A stretch of 64,000 nucleotides of DNA from NCBI GenBank assembly GCA_028534125.1, contig CM052816.1:95978001-96042000 (forward strand), written 5' to 3'. This document shows positions 37,385-49,600 of the stretch, in pieces (the stretch's first letter is position 1; each line of letters starts with the position of its first letter). The notes below the pieces were generated by a model. That model did not search any database. It was given only the letters and a program-made list of their open reading frames with translations, and had not been told where the DNA came from. A program made the position numbers and the translations under genes. The DNA is from Lama glama (Eukaryota).

Positions 37385-37990
37385 CTCCTGCAGGCACGGC
37401 TCCAGGCCCGCGCCAGGCCAGGACGCGCTCGGGCCTGCGCCCACCCCGGCCCCCACCTGCAGGCGCAGAGCTGCTGCGGCCTGCCTCGGCTTGATCCTGG
37501 CTCAGAGGCTCCTGGGGCTTATTTACCGAGCTCTGTCAAGGTGGGAAGCCACCCCTGCTTACAGCTCTCTGGTCTGTGCAAGGAGACACAGAGCTTCATT
37601 CGCCCCAGCCCGCTTTCCTAGCTGCGGAGTTCTGCTCAGCGGCGTGGCCAAGTGGAACCTTGGGATCCCCCAGCGAGCGCCCTCCAGCTCCGGCCCGTGG
37701 AAGTGGACAGCGCTGGAAGTCCTCATCCGGGACTGAGTAGAGCTCGGCTGGGCCCAGGGCAGCTCGTGCAGCGCATGCTCCTGGCATCGGGTTCCCTTTG
37801 TTCATGGGGTCCTTGAGGTGAAAGGGGCTGAAATGTTGCACCTGGGGAAGAGAACTTATTTGGGCGCTCATTCGTGAGGCTGCCCGCTCCCACTGCCTGC
37901 TGGTTCTTCCTGCGAACAGTGAAACTCGTCTCTGCGCTGGGGTTGCCCAGCCGCGTTCTCCTTCTCCATCACGTCTGCCCACTCCTGTGA
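37385..37990. promoter_or_regulatory. GC/CpG-rich island-like segment
   Basis: Locally dense CpGs (cccgcgcc, gacgcgctcggg, cagcgagcgcc); NRF1-like GCGCATGC at 37771-37778; AP-1 palindrome ATGACTCAT just upstream at 37305-37313. Confidence 0.4.
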
Positions 37991-38656
37991 TAAATCTGAG
38001 ACACATTGGTCTGAAAACACAGTCTTCCCCTTGGCAACGACTTCGAAAAGCATTTTAGAAATGCTTGTTGGGAGTGGATGCTGGTTTTTAGCTGCTGTGT
38101 GGGAAGAGGCGGAATGAGGAGAACCGGCCCACTTCTCAGGTGAAACCAACCCCAGATCATTAACTCTGGAATATTTATGATAAACATTGAAAATAATAAC
38201 TTTGTAGTAACAGAAGAACAGATTGCATTCACTTAATGATTCTTTGGTGAGCGGATTTCCTTATCTTTGTATATAAATACATTTACCTGGCTTCTCAAAC
38301 TAAAAATCTCAGAATCATTCTAAATTCTGTCCCCCTTGTTTTCACAATCCTTTCCTAATAGCTGCCAAATTCCATCTCATAAACAACTCCAGCCCCCAAA
38401 TATTCTAGCCCTTCTTTTCTGTTCTCTTCAACCACATGGATAGATTGAGCATAATTCTTTCCCTGGCCTCATGACTCCTTTTCCTTTGACTGGCTTGCCC
38501 CCTGCTTCCACCTGGCCTCCCACTGGTACCCTGATTTCCCCTGTACACAGCCACACTCAGAGCTTTGCACCCGAGCTCTGAGACCTCACTGCATTCACAT
38601 TGCTCTTGAAATAAAGTAAGAAACAGACTTTCCTTGTATGCAGGTCCCTTTAATAA

Positions 38657-39306
38657 TGTCAAAGAAAAATTGCATGAGAGAATTTAGATGTTAGGTATGG
38701 AAGACGTTATTCAAGACTATTGCAGGGGGAAGGTATAGCCCAGTGGTAGAGCATGTGCTTAGCATGCACGAGGTTGTGGATTCAATCCCCAGGACCTCTG
38801 ATACAAATAAACAGACACCGAATTACTTCCCTCCAAGACAAAAAAGACTGTTGCACTAGAGGTCGTAACAATTGCAACAGAAGAGAGAGACTGAGCTCAC
38901 GCCCACTGAAATGAAAAGTGGAGGAGCTTGAAATTGTGGGGGTGAGCTCTTGGAGAAGTGCTGGAGGGCATGGGGAGGTGTGGGTTGGTGTGATGAGGCC
39001 ACCTGTGCTTGCTGATTGGCACCCGTCAGTTACGGTCCCACCTTCCCACAGAGACTGGGAGACAGGGGCCCCATCTTCCCTGAGGATCACATTTCAACAG
39101 GATGGCTCCTGGGTCCTCGAGACAAACAATCCTGGGTTGTAAAACTGGCAAGAGGCTGGGAGAAGATTTGTATCTCAGAGGGGCAGAGGAAGAATGGACA
39201 GTGGTCAGTTTTGTAAAATGAATGCTACAAGAAAAGGGAGATCAGGGTCCCAGAGTCAGGAGGAAATGTGCCTAAGTTTAGTCAAGCTGAAGGAAACTTC
39301 TGGTCC
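38657..39306 (-). mobile_element. ERV1-class LTR (MER67/MER31-like, family from memory) with a nested SINE
   Basis: Begins TGTCAAAGAAAA; contains 'cagagactgggagacaggggcccc', 'cctgggttgtaaaactggcaagaggctgggagaagattt' and 'aagtttagtcaagctga'. Confidence 0.75.
38725..38843 (+). mobile_element. tRNA-Ala(AGC)-derived SINE (camelid Vic-1-like) with 12-bp TSD
   Basis: Head 'ggtatagcccagtggtagagcatgtgcttagcatgcacgagg...ggattcaatcccc' has A/B boxes and a GTGC-TTAGCAT-GCAC anticodon arm, then an A-rich tail; TSD AAGACTATTGCA (38713-38724) and AAGACTGTTGCA (38844-38855). Confidence 0.9.
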
Positions 39307-39765
39307 ACAGCTGAGCATCACTTTAACGTGTGATCTCATCTCCACATTCCCTGCCAGGGTCTCTAAACTTCAGCCACGTGGAGCTGCTCACGAAAGTTGT
39401 TCTGTTCTTGCTTCTCCACGTTAGTGCCTTCCACACTCTTCTTCATGCTTCTGGGACCTGCCAGGTGTCACCTTGGCACTTCGGACAGTGACTGGGACCC
39501 AGAACGGTGTAATTAAATATCTCCAGGCAGTAGCCCAGAGCACTGTGACTGATACATGAGCTTCTCTCACTGGGGGCGATGGAAACACTTTTCTGAGGAA
39601 TGATGAAGAAATTTCTCCCACCTGTTTCAAGATTGATACATGGAGACTTTGGGGGAAAATCTTTAGATTTCATCTCTTGGGAAAGTTATTGTATTTTTCG
39701 TAAGAGTCTGATATTAACCTGAAAAAATCAAAGAAATTTCACAAATAAGCAGAAACTTTCCTAGG

Positions 39766-39778
39766 AGTCACCGGGTAA
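39766..39778 (+). promoter_or_regulatory. RFX X-box motif
   Basis: GTCACCGGGTAAC fits GTNRCC-N-RGYAAC and lies at the start of a GC/CpG-richer segment (39790-40330). Confidence 0.4.
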
Positions 39779-40458
39779 CCTGTTGAAACAGACCCTGGGG
39801 CCGCGCACCTAGGGGTGCTGCTTCAGTGAGTCCGGGATGGGCCTGGGACCCTGCGACCCTGCGTGCTGTTTCCTTAGGGCTTCAGGTGGGTGGCCAGAAC
39901 CCAGAACTAAGAGGCCGCCTGTCATCCAGCCTTCAAGTGCGTTCAGGTGACGGAACTGGGACTCCTGAAACGAATGACGCGGTGAGAGGCTTCGGGGGAT
40001 GCTGGGAGACCCGTGCCACATGGACCCCCCCCACCCCCGGCCACACACACACTGCTCCGTGGAGACATGGTGCGGCCAACCTCCAGTCACCAGCGGGTAG
40101 CACCGGCCACCAGCATCCGTTTGGAAGGAGGCCCGAGTCTATTCGTCGTGATGATCTTGTTCGAGGGCAAAGCTGCCGCACAGCCACAGTCGTTGGGGGC
40201 CCTTGTGGCACTTTCCCACATTTTCTCCCCGTTTCCACTCAGAGGGGCGGAGACGGCCAGCGAGCTGCAGTGCCAGGGCCGACAGAGGCCGACACTCATG
40301 TCCTGGTGCCCTGGGCGCAGCTCCCCTAGCTGAGGCTTTGAGGTTCAAGTGGGTCAGAGAGCCCCATTTAAGCTGTAACTTGACTTAAAAAATACAACAA
40401 AAATTTCCTAGTTTTTTAAAAAAAATATCAAACACTAGAATTTAAAACAACGAAAAAT

Positions 40459-40958
40459 NNNNNNNNNNNNNNNNNNNNNNNNNNNNNNNNNNNNNNNNNN
40501 NNNNNNNNNNNNNNNNNNNNNNNNNNNNNNNNNNNNNNNNNNNNNNNNNNNNNNNNNNNNNNNNNNNNNNNNNNNNNNNNNNNNNNNNNNNNNNNNNNNN
40601 NNNNNNNNNNNNNNNNNNNNNNNNNNNNNNNNNNNNNNNNNNNNNNNNNNNNNNNNNNNNNNNNNNNNNNNNNNNNNNNNNNNNNNNNNNNNNNNNNNNN
40701 NNNNNNNNNNNNNNNNNNNNNNNNNNNNNNNNNNNNNNNNNNNNNNNNNNNNNNNNNNNNNNNNNNNNNNNNNNNNNNNNNNNNNNNNNNNNNNNNNNNN
40801 NNNNNNNNNNNNNNNNNNNNNNNNNNNNNNNNNNNNNNNNNNNNNNNNNNNNNNNNNNNNNNNNNNNNNNNNNNNNNNNNNNNNNNNNNNNNNNNNNNNN
40901 NNNNNNNNNNNNNNNNNNNNNNNNNNNNNNNNNNNNNNNNNNNNNNNNNNNNNNNNNN
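40459..40958. other. Assembly gap (500 N)
   Basis: Run of N; the round length suggests a placeholder size. Confidence 1.
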
Positions 40959-41462
40959 CAGAAAAGATAATAGATAACCAACCACATTAAAGTCTGAAGG
41001 CAACAAATCATGTAAAATTTTTCAAAACACATTGACAAAGGCTTATCAGTTTCTTATCAGTAGAAGAATACATGGCTTTAATATAGTATTTATTTTCATT
41101 TGATTGTATTGTACACTTTCAATGACAGGAGAAGAATGAATTCTATGAAATAAGGAATTCCACGATTTCTGGGAGCTAGAAAATGTAAACTTGGAACATT
41201 TGGTTCTGTTTCAAATTGTTAAACATGTCAAGATGAGGAAAACATTTTCCCCATTTTCCTCCCCAAATTAAGATGTGATTGAAAACATTTAGCTTTGAGT
41301 AATCAACAAAATTTTCCTACGTGGATGTCTTGAATACTGTACTTTATAACATGCATTTTTAGATTTTTTAACAGAAGACAGACAGAAGTCAGATTTAAGC
41401 AGACCAGTCATGAGTGTAAATTAACTCATAAACATGCTTTTAAAAAATACTTTCGTGCTTAT

Positions 41463-41816
41463 TGCTATGGACTCAATTGTGTCCCCCCAAACCGTATGTT
41501 GGTATCCTAACTCCTAATGTGATATTTGCAGACAGAGCCTTTGGGAGGTAATTGGGGTGAGAGGAGGTCATGGGGGTAGGACGCCCATGAGGGGATTAGT
41601 GCCCTTGTACGAAGAGACAGCGGAGAGTAGGCTTCTCTCTCTGTGCCGTCTGAGGACACAGCAAGAAGGTGGCCGTCTGCAAGTCAGAAAGAGAGCCCTT
41701 ACCGGGAATTGGATTGGCTGACACCCTGAGTTTCTAGCCTCTGTAACTGTAAGAAACAAATTCCTGTTGTTCACACCACCCAGCCTGCGGTGCCTCGTCC
41801 TTGTCATGCTAACACA
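41463..41816 (+). mobile_element. MaLR LTR (MLT1A/MLT1A0-like), near full length
   Basis: Starts TGCTATGGACT...tgtgtccccccaaa; contains 'ggattagtgcccttgta', 'tgaggacacagcaagaaggtggccgtctgcaag' and 'aactgtaagaaacaaattcctgttgtt'. Confidence 0.9.
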
Positions 41817-44800
41817 AATGGGTGCAAATCCAACTGTAAAATCTGTCCTTCTTTGGACTCCCTGCTTGAGCCCCTCAGCTGCCTATACCTGTCTGCCTGT
41901 TAGCTGTCATCAGGTCCCCCAAATACTGATGCTCAGACATGCTCCATGGAGCTGGCAATGCCATTCACAGCAATTCAAACTTCTTGTGATATGTTTCACA
42001 GAGAACTTGACTTTAAACATGGAGATCCGGCCCCCTGTGGACACTTTCCGTGGTCCATCCCAGAGCTTGAGCCTATGGACTCCTCATGCAGGCTCGGAGC
42101 AGTTTGTAGCCGCCGTCTATGGACTGACGGGCAATCTGAGCATTAGCTGCCTGAATCTGCACGCTGGATGTCAGCCTGCCGTCTGTATCTCATTAACTGG
42201 CTTATTACTGATATCCTTACACAGAGGAGCAGCATAACATTTGAGGAAAGTGTATCCTTGGCAAATGCTCTTCTGAGTTTCAGGCAGTTACTTCAGGTTT
42301 ATACTTCCTACATTATCCCGAAACATTGAGAAAGACCAGGAGATGATCTGATCATTTTTTTTTTAGAAGATAGCTGATTTTAAGATTTAGAACAAAATTA
42401 TCATCACTAAGGCAAAAAATGAGACGTATCTGTCACCAGCTTTTGGGACCTTTACAGATGATGACACATAACTGCTCCTCCCCATTCTCATATGAAAGGA
42501 GAAATGCTGATTTTTAGAGAATAAATTTCCTTTTCCTTTTGTACTTCATATCAAAAACTCGTTCTGCGACCCTCTCAGAACATCCTTATATGCTAGAGGG
42601 CATCAAATTGCTGTTTCCTAGTTTAGTTTTTTTTTTTTTCCTGGAAGAGTTGGTAGGAGAAAAAGGTGTCACAATAGGTACAGAATGAGTCTTTGCAATT
42701 ATGCAACGGAGAGGAAGAAACCAAATTCCCAGGCAACTAGATTTTCCAGGCCTGAGACTGGCGCTAAAGACAATAATCCAAACACACCAAATTCATTTTA
42801 TAGATTAAGCAGCAAGGCCCAGGAAGGTGAAGTTCTGGTAGGTACAGGCTCATAGAATAGATTAACCCTAACCCTTTAGACTACCACCTTTTGGGTTTAA
42901 GGAACAATTCCTTTTGTTACAATAACAAAAAGATTGAACACTAATGTTGAGCTAGGAACTTGGCATGCAGAGTTCTGAAAGCTCGTAACTTTCCTATAAC
43001 CTGATTGCTGTTCTTAATCTACTTTTACATGGGAAACAACCCAGGAAAGTTAAAAAACAAAACAAAATCAACAAACAAAAACCCCTACGAAAACAGGTCC
43101 GTGTTGCCCAGGTAGAAACTAGGGGAGGATTTGAACTCGGATCACTGTGCCTTTTCTAGTCCTCTGGGGAGCCTTTTCCCAACTTTCCTTGAGGAACAGA
43201 GAGCTGGCTATAGACTCATACACAGCCATTGTGGGTGCGTGACATGTTCTGGTTTTTTTTTAAGCAACTTGGGAAGTCCTGGGCCACCGTTAGTCCTTTC
43301 AGGAACTGAACTTAGAAACAGCAGGTTTTTAGCACAGACAGGGAGACCAATTATTTCCCCAAAGCTCTGGAATAGGTGCATTGTTTGGCTAATTTGCTAG
43401 GATTGATTTAGAAAATTCAGGGGGTAACTGTATGAAGACTCTGGAAGCTTCCAGCGTCCTGGGGCCCTGGAGGCCTGTTCAGGACGAAGGAAGTTTGCAC
43501 GGGGGCATGAAAGGCTAGCCGGGTCCCTCTGTAGTCTGGACAGGCCCTTCTGAGGACTCCTCTGTTGGACCCTATCCTCTTTGCCGTGAGCAGGCCTCTC
43601 TGTTGTCATTGAAACACCTCATGGAAAGGCAGTTCTAAATGGTGTTTAAACCGAGGTCTGGTGAGGTCCAGAGCTGCCTGAAGCTCCCCCAGCGCTAGGT
43701 TTCCCCCTCGCTCTGAATCACCATGTTTATTTTTAAAAGCTTTGGTGGTTCGACCCTTCTGGTTTGTTATTGCAGCTGGACCAACTTAGTTCTCCGTCTC
43801 TCCTCCAGCCCTCCTGTGGTTTGGGGTACAGTTCGGCTGCATCAGGACTGGGCTGGAGGGACTGGAGGCCAAGGCCACAGACACATCTGCTTCTGTTAGT
43901 GCCCAAAGTCACAGTGGCCCTCATCGTGCTCTGCCCGCTCACCAGCCGTCTTCCTCTTTTCTTTCCTTTTCTCTGTGTTCGCCTCGAATTCTCTTGAAAG
44001 TTGGCATTTTTCGTTGTCCCATTTTGTTGTTTTGTTCTCCGCTTCCGATTACCCTGCCCTGTTCCCCAGCCAAAACCCAGGGCCTGACACCTGTCTTTAC
44101 AGAAGCAATTCTTCGCAGTGGGTTGTAGCAGAGAGATTAAACTGCCCAGGAAGGCACAGTGTGGCCACGACAGATAATTCCCTCCCTGGCCGGGCTGGGG
44201 ACAGAGCAGTTCTTTGTTGAACTGGGTAACAGGGAACTCGAACCCTGCTGAAAGATGAAGCTGGTGAGTGGAAATTCTGCAGGGAACCCAGAAAGATTTA
44301 CTTCTATTTGAATTTATGCCCCATTCGAAGTCCTGTCACTGCTGGCTTCTTGGGAACAAAGAGCTGGCTCCTGCTGTCATTAGCAGACAGATTCTTTCTA
44401 AGCACCTTCTCTGGTTGTCTTCAAACTTTTGATCATGTTTTTCCCTAAGTGCTTTGCGCATTTGAGGCTCTCCAGATAATGTGTCCCCTGCTGACTCACT
44501 CTCCCTTCCCAGAAGGGTCTTCTGAAAGTTTTAGTCAAATATCCACCTTTCTGGGCCTTTAGCTCGACATTTTAATGGTGCTTAAGCCTTCCTTTCATGT
44601 TGCCCCTGGATCTCTTTGAAACTCTCAGTTAACGTATATACACATGTCCTTATTTTTAGCATCTAGTATTTGGAGAGATCACGGAATTTTTAGAGCCAGG
44701 TTTGGCTGAAAAGCCAGATGGAATAGTCATCCCCCCCAAAAAAAATTCTCACAATTTCTTATTACAGAATTGCTTGATCTCAGTTTGAAACCCGTTTCCT

Positions 44801-46289
44801 GTCCTGGCCTGTTTGCGCTGGCACACTGCCTCCCAGACTTGATGCTTTGTCAAGAACTAAGCTGACGAGATGCTAAGTAACTGGGGAACTCCTTGAGAGG
44901 GGTGGTTAGTTTGCAGTACTCATCGCCTCGGGTACAGGCGAGAGAAAGCCCTGTCTGATGCTGGTGAAATACAAACTCTGGTACCGGACTCAGAGCTGTA
45001 ATTCTTGGCCTTGATTTATCATTTATGGATTGTTCTGATTTTCTTTATGAATGTGTTTGTGGAGCCTGCCAACTTACATTTTTGTGATCATAGTTGAAAG
45101 TACCCTTTCTGGACGTGGGAGATAGTATGACCTTTGCTTTCTTTCTCAGTGTGTTCTCTTAGTCTGAGGACTCCTGGGAGCCTTTTCTGTTGTTTTCACT
45201 GTCTTTTTATTGACAGCTCCCAGTGTAGAGGTGGAGATGAGGAAAGATGCTTAATTTCCTTTCTTTTTCTGTTATTACAGAAGAAGGAATGTAGTTTAAA
45301 AGGAAGTCAATCCTATTCCAAAAGGTAGTCATTATGATTCTAATACTGTAATAACAGGGCAGAAGTTTCTAGAGGAGAAGGCCTATAAAGCTGTAAGGGA
45401 GCAAGAAGGTAATGGCTTTGGGCCTTTTTATTTTATAGCCTTCACGGATTGCGTTGCTTCTTTTGTTTTTTAATGTTAAAGATCTCAGTGCACTATAAGT
45501 GTGTCAGTTGAATTAAGACTTTCCTGGACTAGGAAAAAAACAATACTTGCCATTCTGTACTGTTTTAAGTTCTCCTCTACACGCGGTGCAGCAAGAACAC
45601 ACTTTGCTATCTGACACGTGACCGATGGGACTGTGTCAAAGGCCAGTGTGGTGTGTTTGAAAGTGCACGTTAATAGCCCAGGTTGTCAGGATTATATTCT
45701 CTCAAGTGTAATGAGACACAATCAGCTCTTTAGACAGTAATCATCCCTTAAATCGAGGGAGCGCGGGCCACTGTCGACCACGGGAGACGGGGATCTGGTT
45801 TACATTATGTAATGAGAGCTCTAAAGAGGCCTGCCAGCCAGAGCCGGAGTCCCCACTCGGCAAGAAAGTGACCTTGGCCACCGGTCTGTCATCCCTAATG
45901 CCCACATTGTCCAGATCTGTTTCCGAGGGGTCTAATTTTCGCTCTAGGATGACTTCAGAAAGGGCTCCTGCCCATGGTGGTTAATGCCAGACAGCCAGGC
46001 ACCGGGGCCTCCCGCATCTTGCTGCCAGCACGATGAGTTCCGTGCTGCTTGGAAGCCAGAGGGCCAATATTTTGCTTTTCAGGAACAGTCAGGTGGCTTG
46101 CGTCTTTTGAGTTTCTACTGCCTGAGCCCTGATCCCCCTCCATCGAGGTGGTCCCTCATCCGTGTGATGTGCTCTCCACTCACACGCTCCTTCCACCTGC
46201 CTTCATATGCACCAGCGTCCGACAGGCCCAGTGCAGAGCTGGCACTTTGTTAGAGTATTGTACCTGCTGCTGGTGCCCTTTGGTGTTTA

Positions 46290-46621
46290 TGGTCATCTTC
46301 ATGGGGGACTCGTGGTCCTCATGGTCTGTAAGTTCATCCTGAATCTTGAATTAGCTGTACTGAACCATTGCTCCTAGAGGGCACAGAACGCTAGGCTCCT
46401 GTGAGCCTCTGGGCTCAACATCTTCATCAGCCCATCAATAAAGAACCTCACTTCATGTGTGTTTGTGTTTAATGACACCTTATTTAATATATGGTTGATT
46501 CATTAGCTTTGAACTCACAACCAGTGGACCATTTTGGGGTTACAAATAAGCTTTAGCCAGTAGGCAGATTCGCAAATATGGAATCTGTAAATAGGCAATC
46601 CGTGAATAGTGAGGATTGCTG
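46290..46621. mobile_element. TcMar-Tigger non-autonomous DNA transposon, internally deleted (MER6-like, from memory)
   Basis: 'tactgaaccattgctcctag...gacaccttatttaatata...ttgaactcac' joined directly to the terminal 'ttttggggttacaaataa...attcgcaaatatggaatc...gtgaggattgctg'; TA dinucleotides on both sides. Confidence 0.75.
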
Positions 46622-49600
46622 TATTTTCCTTTTCTTTCATGAATACCAGTTACCATCTGAAAGAAGCAATCTCTGGAGTTACCCAACTCCATTTGTATTC
46701 TGAATCTCGCAGGTGCAAAGTAGATGTTTAAGCTCTTGGTAAGGAAGCGGGATTTTTCTGTCTATCACATCCGTGGTGGCTGCAGGCTCCGAAGCAGCTC
46801 TCAGGGCGTTGCTTCTTCCTGACGGAATCAGACCTCTTTGGAAGCTTTCCTGCCTGCCCTTCGGATGGTCATCATCGCTGGACTTCAGTGCCTCTGCTTT
46901 GACTTGGAGGAGACTTGGAGGAGTGATTTTAGGGCTTTTGTAATAAATAGCACCTTGAATTACCAGCTGGGTGAGGGCATGAGGCACAAGTAATGACAAG
47001 TGATGGCAATGGTTATTTGCACCTCCAGTCTCTCTCTTTTGATTTTGTTTAGGGAGAGTGTGGCTGGAAGGTAAAAGAAAGTTTCATTTGGTCTGGGTTA
47101 GAGAACGTGGCCTTGTCTGTGGGAGCCCACTGTGACTCCTCTGTCAACGAGGCAGTGAACCCTCCTTCGGAAACACAGTGCCAGGCTCTGTGCCCCGGTG
47201 GGAGAACTCGGGGGCAAGAATCTGGGATAATCCGGGTGGCGTGCTTCCTGCTTTCTGCTCGTGAGGTGGTGTGTTGGCCAGGACGGTGGAACGCTGGCTC
47301 AGATTCAACAGTGGTTTCTCCCCAAGCTGCTGTCGGTTGTTGAGCCAAGGATGGCTCTGGAATCCTGCACAACGTCTTGCTCTGGGGAGCACGTGGCTCC
47401 TGGATGGCCGTGTGTACGTGCCAAAGCAAATGGACATTGAGGAGAAGGGGGCCCCTCTGGTGATTTCAGCAGGAATGAAGATGTCTTCTGAGCAGTGACA
47501 GTCTCCGAAGTGAACATCCTTGAGGGAGGAAAGCTCACGGCGCTGTGATGTCTCTGTCCTTCCTTTCTTTAAAGCTCTCTCGTCGCCGGGGGGAGTGCAG
47601 GAGAGCCCATGTGGGCTTAGGGCTGACACCTGGGGAAAATGCTGATGGGAAAGAGAAAACAAGGAAACGAGGGGAAGAGTCTGTTTCCATTGACAGTTTA
47701 CCCTTTGATGGAGGAGGGGCTGGGTGTAGGATTAAAACCATTCAGTGATTCAGATTTCCATCATGACTATTATTTTTTTCCATCTGCTCTGTTGTTTGGA
47801 TAGAACCAGCATCGTTACTTGCTGTCCGCACCTTGTCAGGTGCCTTGTGTGCCAAGAGGAGCTCCTGCCTGCCATCCTTGGCTGAGCGAAGAAGACGCTG
47901 AGGGCGTTGACTTCCAAGGTTCACAGCAGAGGGAAATCCTGATACCTGGGCCATTTTTGACCCTCCCCTTTCTCATCTCAGGATGGTTATGATTGATTTG
48001 CATGTTTTAGATTCTCTTGAAAGACCCCAGTGTCCCCCAGAGTATGAAAACAAGAGAGACTGAATTTAAATTGGGTATGGAGTTCAATTTCCATCAAGGA
48101 ATGTGGGTAAAGACCATGCTATTGTCTCAAGTTACAGTTTGGTGATTTACCTTAGGAGTCTTTGAGAAGAGCAGCTGTCACCCAAATTTCATGCCACTTT
48201 TCTGATTTATAGCTCCTTTTACACTATTTGGAAAGGGGGCACGACCTGAGCAATTGTCAGCAAGTAATGAATAGCCATGTCCCGTCTTCCCGGTGCCATC
48301 TGAAGCACGTGCAGAAGTTAACGGCCAGCAGGGCAAGGTGTTTTGTTCCAAGTGTAATAATGGGTCTTATCACCTCTTCCTGCAATGCTATCAGCTTTCC
48401 ATGTGAATGAGGGCTTCTGTTTATGGTTTAATTTCCCTGGTGCTCACAGTGACGGCTGCATTGATAAGATAGTCCATAATTAGACTGTAGTTTCTACGAT
48501 GAAATATGGGAGAGACAGGTTTGACTTTAGCACTGCGCTGAGATGCTGGCTGGCTGCTGGTCCAAGAGAGAGAACGTGGTTGAGAAACCTGATGTGACAT
48601 GAATGTCTTACTTGAATACTTGAGTGTATAGTTCAAAAAAAAAAATCCCAAAGTAAGGACAGGTCTATGTCCTGCTGTCAGGGGACCTTATCGTCTCATC
48701 ACTGTTTTGCCCTCTTCACTGGAGTTAGACAAACCTTTCTGTAAAGCTCTGGATTCAGATTACTAGGTTTAGCACCCTTATGAAATAGCGTCATGTCTAT
48801 AGGCCTAAGACATGGTTGATGGGAATTTTAAGTACAAACGGGGTCAAGAAAAGTACTAACATTGAGATTAAAACGCACATTTTAAAGGCAAGCATAAAAT
48901 GTCCCCAAGAACATATTGATTTCCTGGTGCTAAATTACCTAAAATGCTTTTAAGGTTTTAACTTGGTGAAGCGCGTCGTCATTTCACGTTCATGCTGACC
49001 AGAGCACGCCCGTGTTTTCTGAAGCTATGTGTGACATAGGAACCTGGAGGGTGAGAGGGAGATCCTTTCAACTTTTTTCTTTGCAGGTCACTGGGGAGAA
49101 GGGACATGGCGGTGATGGGGCAGGGGTGTGGGTGACATGCCACCAGCCGAAGGTCATGTATGTTCAGGACACTGTATGGGTGGAGGGCCTGAAGCCTGTG
49201 ATTACAGGGAGAACAGAGACCCAGGAAGCAAACTGTGGATTTTGTTTTAATCTGTGACTACAGAATTATCACGCAGGAATCATCCCTGTTCAGCCGATCA
49301 TTATATCAGAAATTAGAGAAACTTTCACTTAGCAGTTTGCTGGTAGCTGGGAAACGTGGGTTTACTGAGGGAAACATCAGCACGAGTGTTTGAGTTACAA
49401 GGTGATGTTTCTGTCACCAAGGGAAGGTACATCCCTGACTGGTCGCCACTGGCCGCTGGGGTGGCCCTGGTCTCCTGTCCTGACTGTTCGTGCAAGCGGC
49501 CTTCTGTCTGTGGGGACACCCTGAACACCCAGAGGGAGATTGGGGTGGGTGGAGGCAGCTTCCCCAGGGAGTCTGTAGGAGGACCCTCGTATATTCCAGG

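Noticed and set aside
38725..38795. Functional tRNA-Ala gene
   Set aside because: Acceptor and T-arm pairing is degraded, and a tail plus TSD show it is a SINE.
40428..41038. ORFs of 192 and 198 aa
   Set aside because: They consist almost entirely of the N gap.
45255..45330. Short exon after 'ctttttctgttattacag'
   Set aside because: The donor AAG|GTAGTC is weak and the peptides are not recognisable.
49060..49160. Strong acceptor tttctttgcag|GT as an exon start or recursive splice site
   Set aside because: GTCACT is a poor donor and no convincing downstream donor was found.
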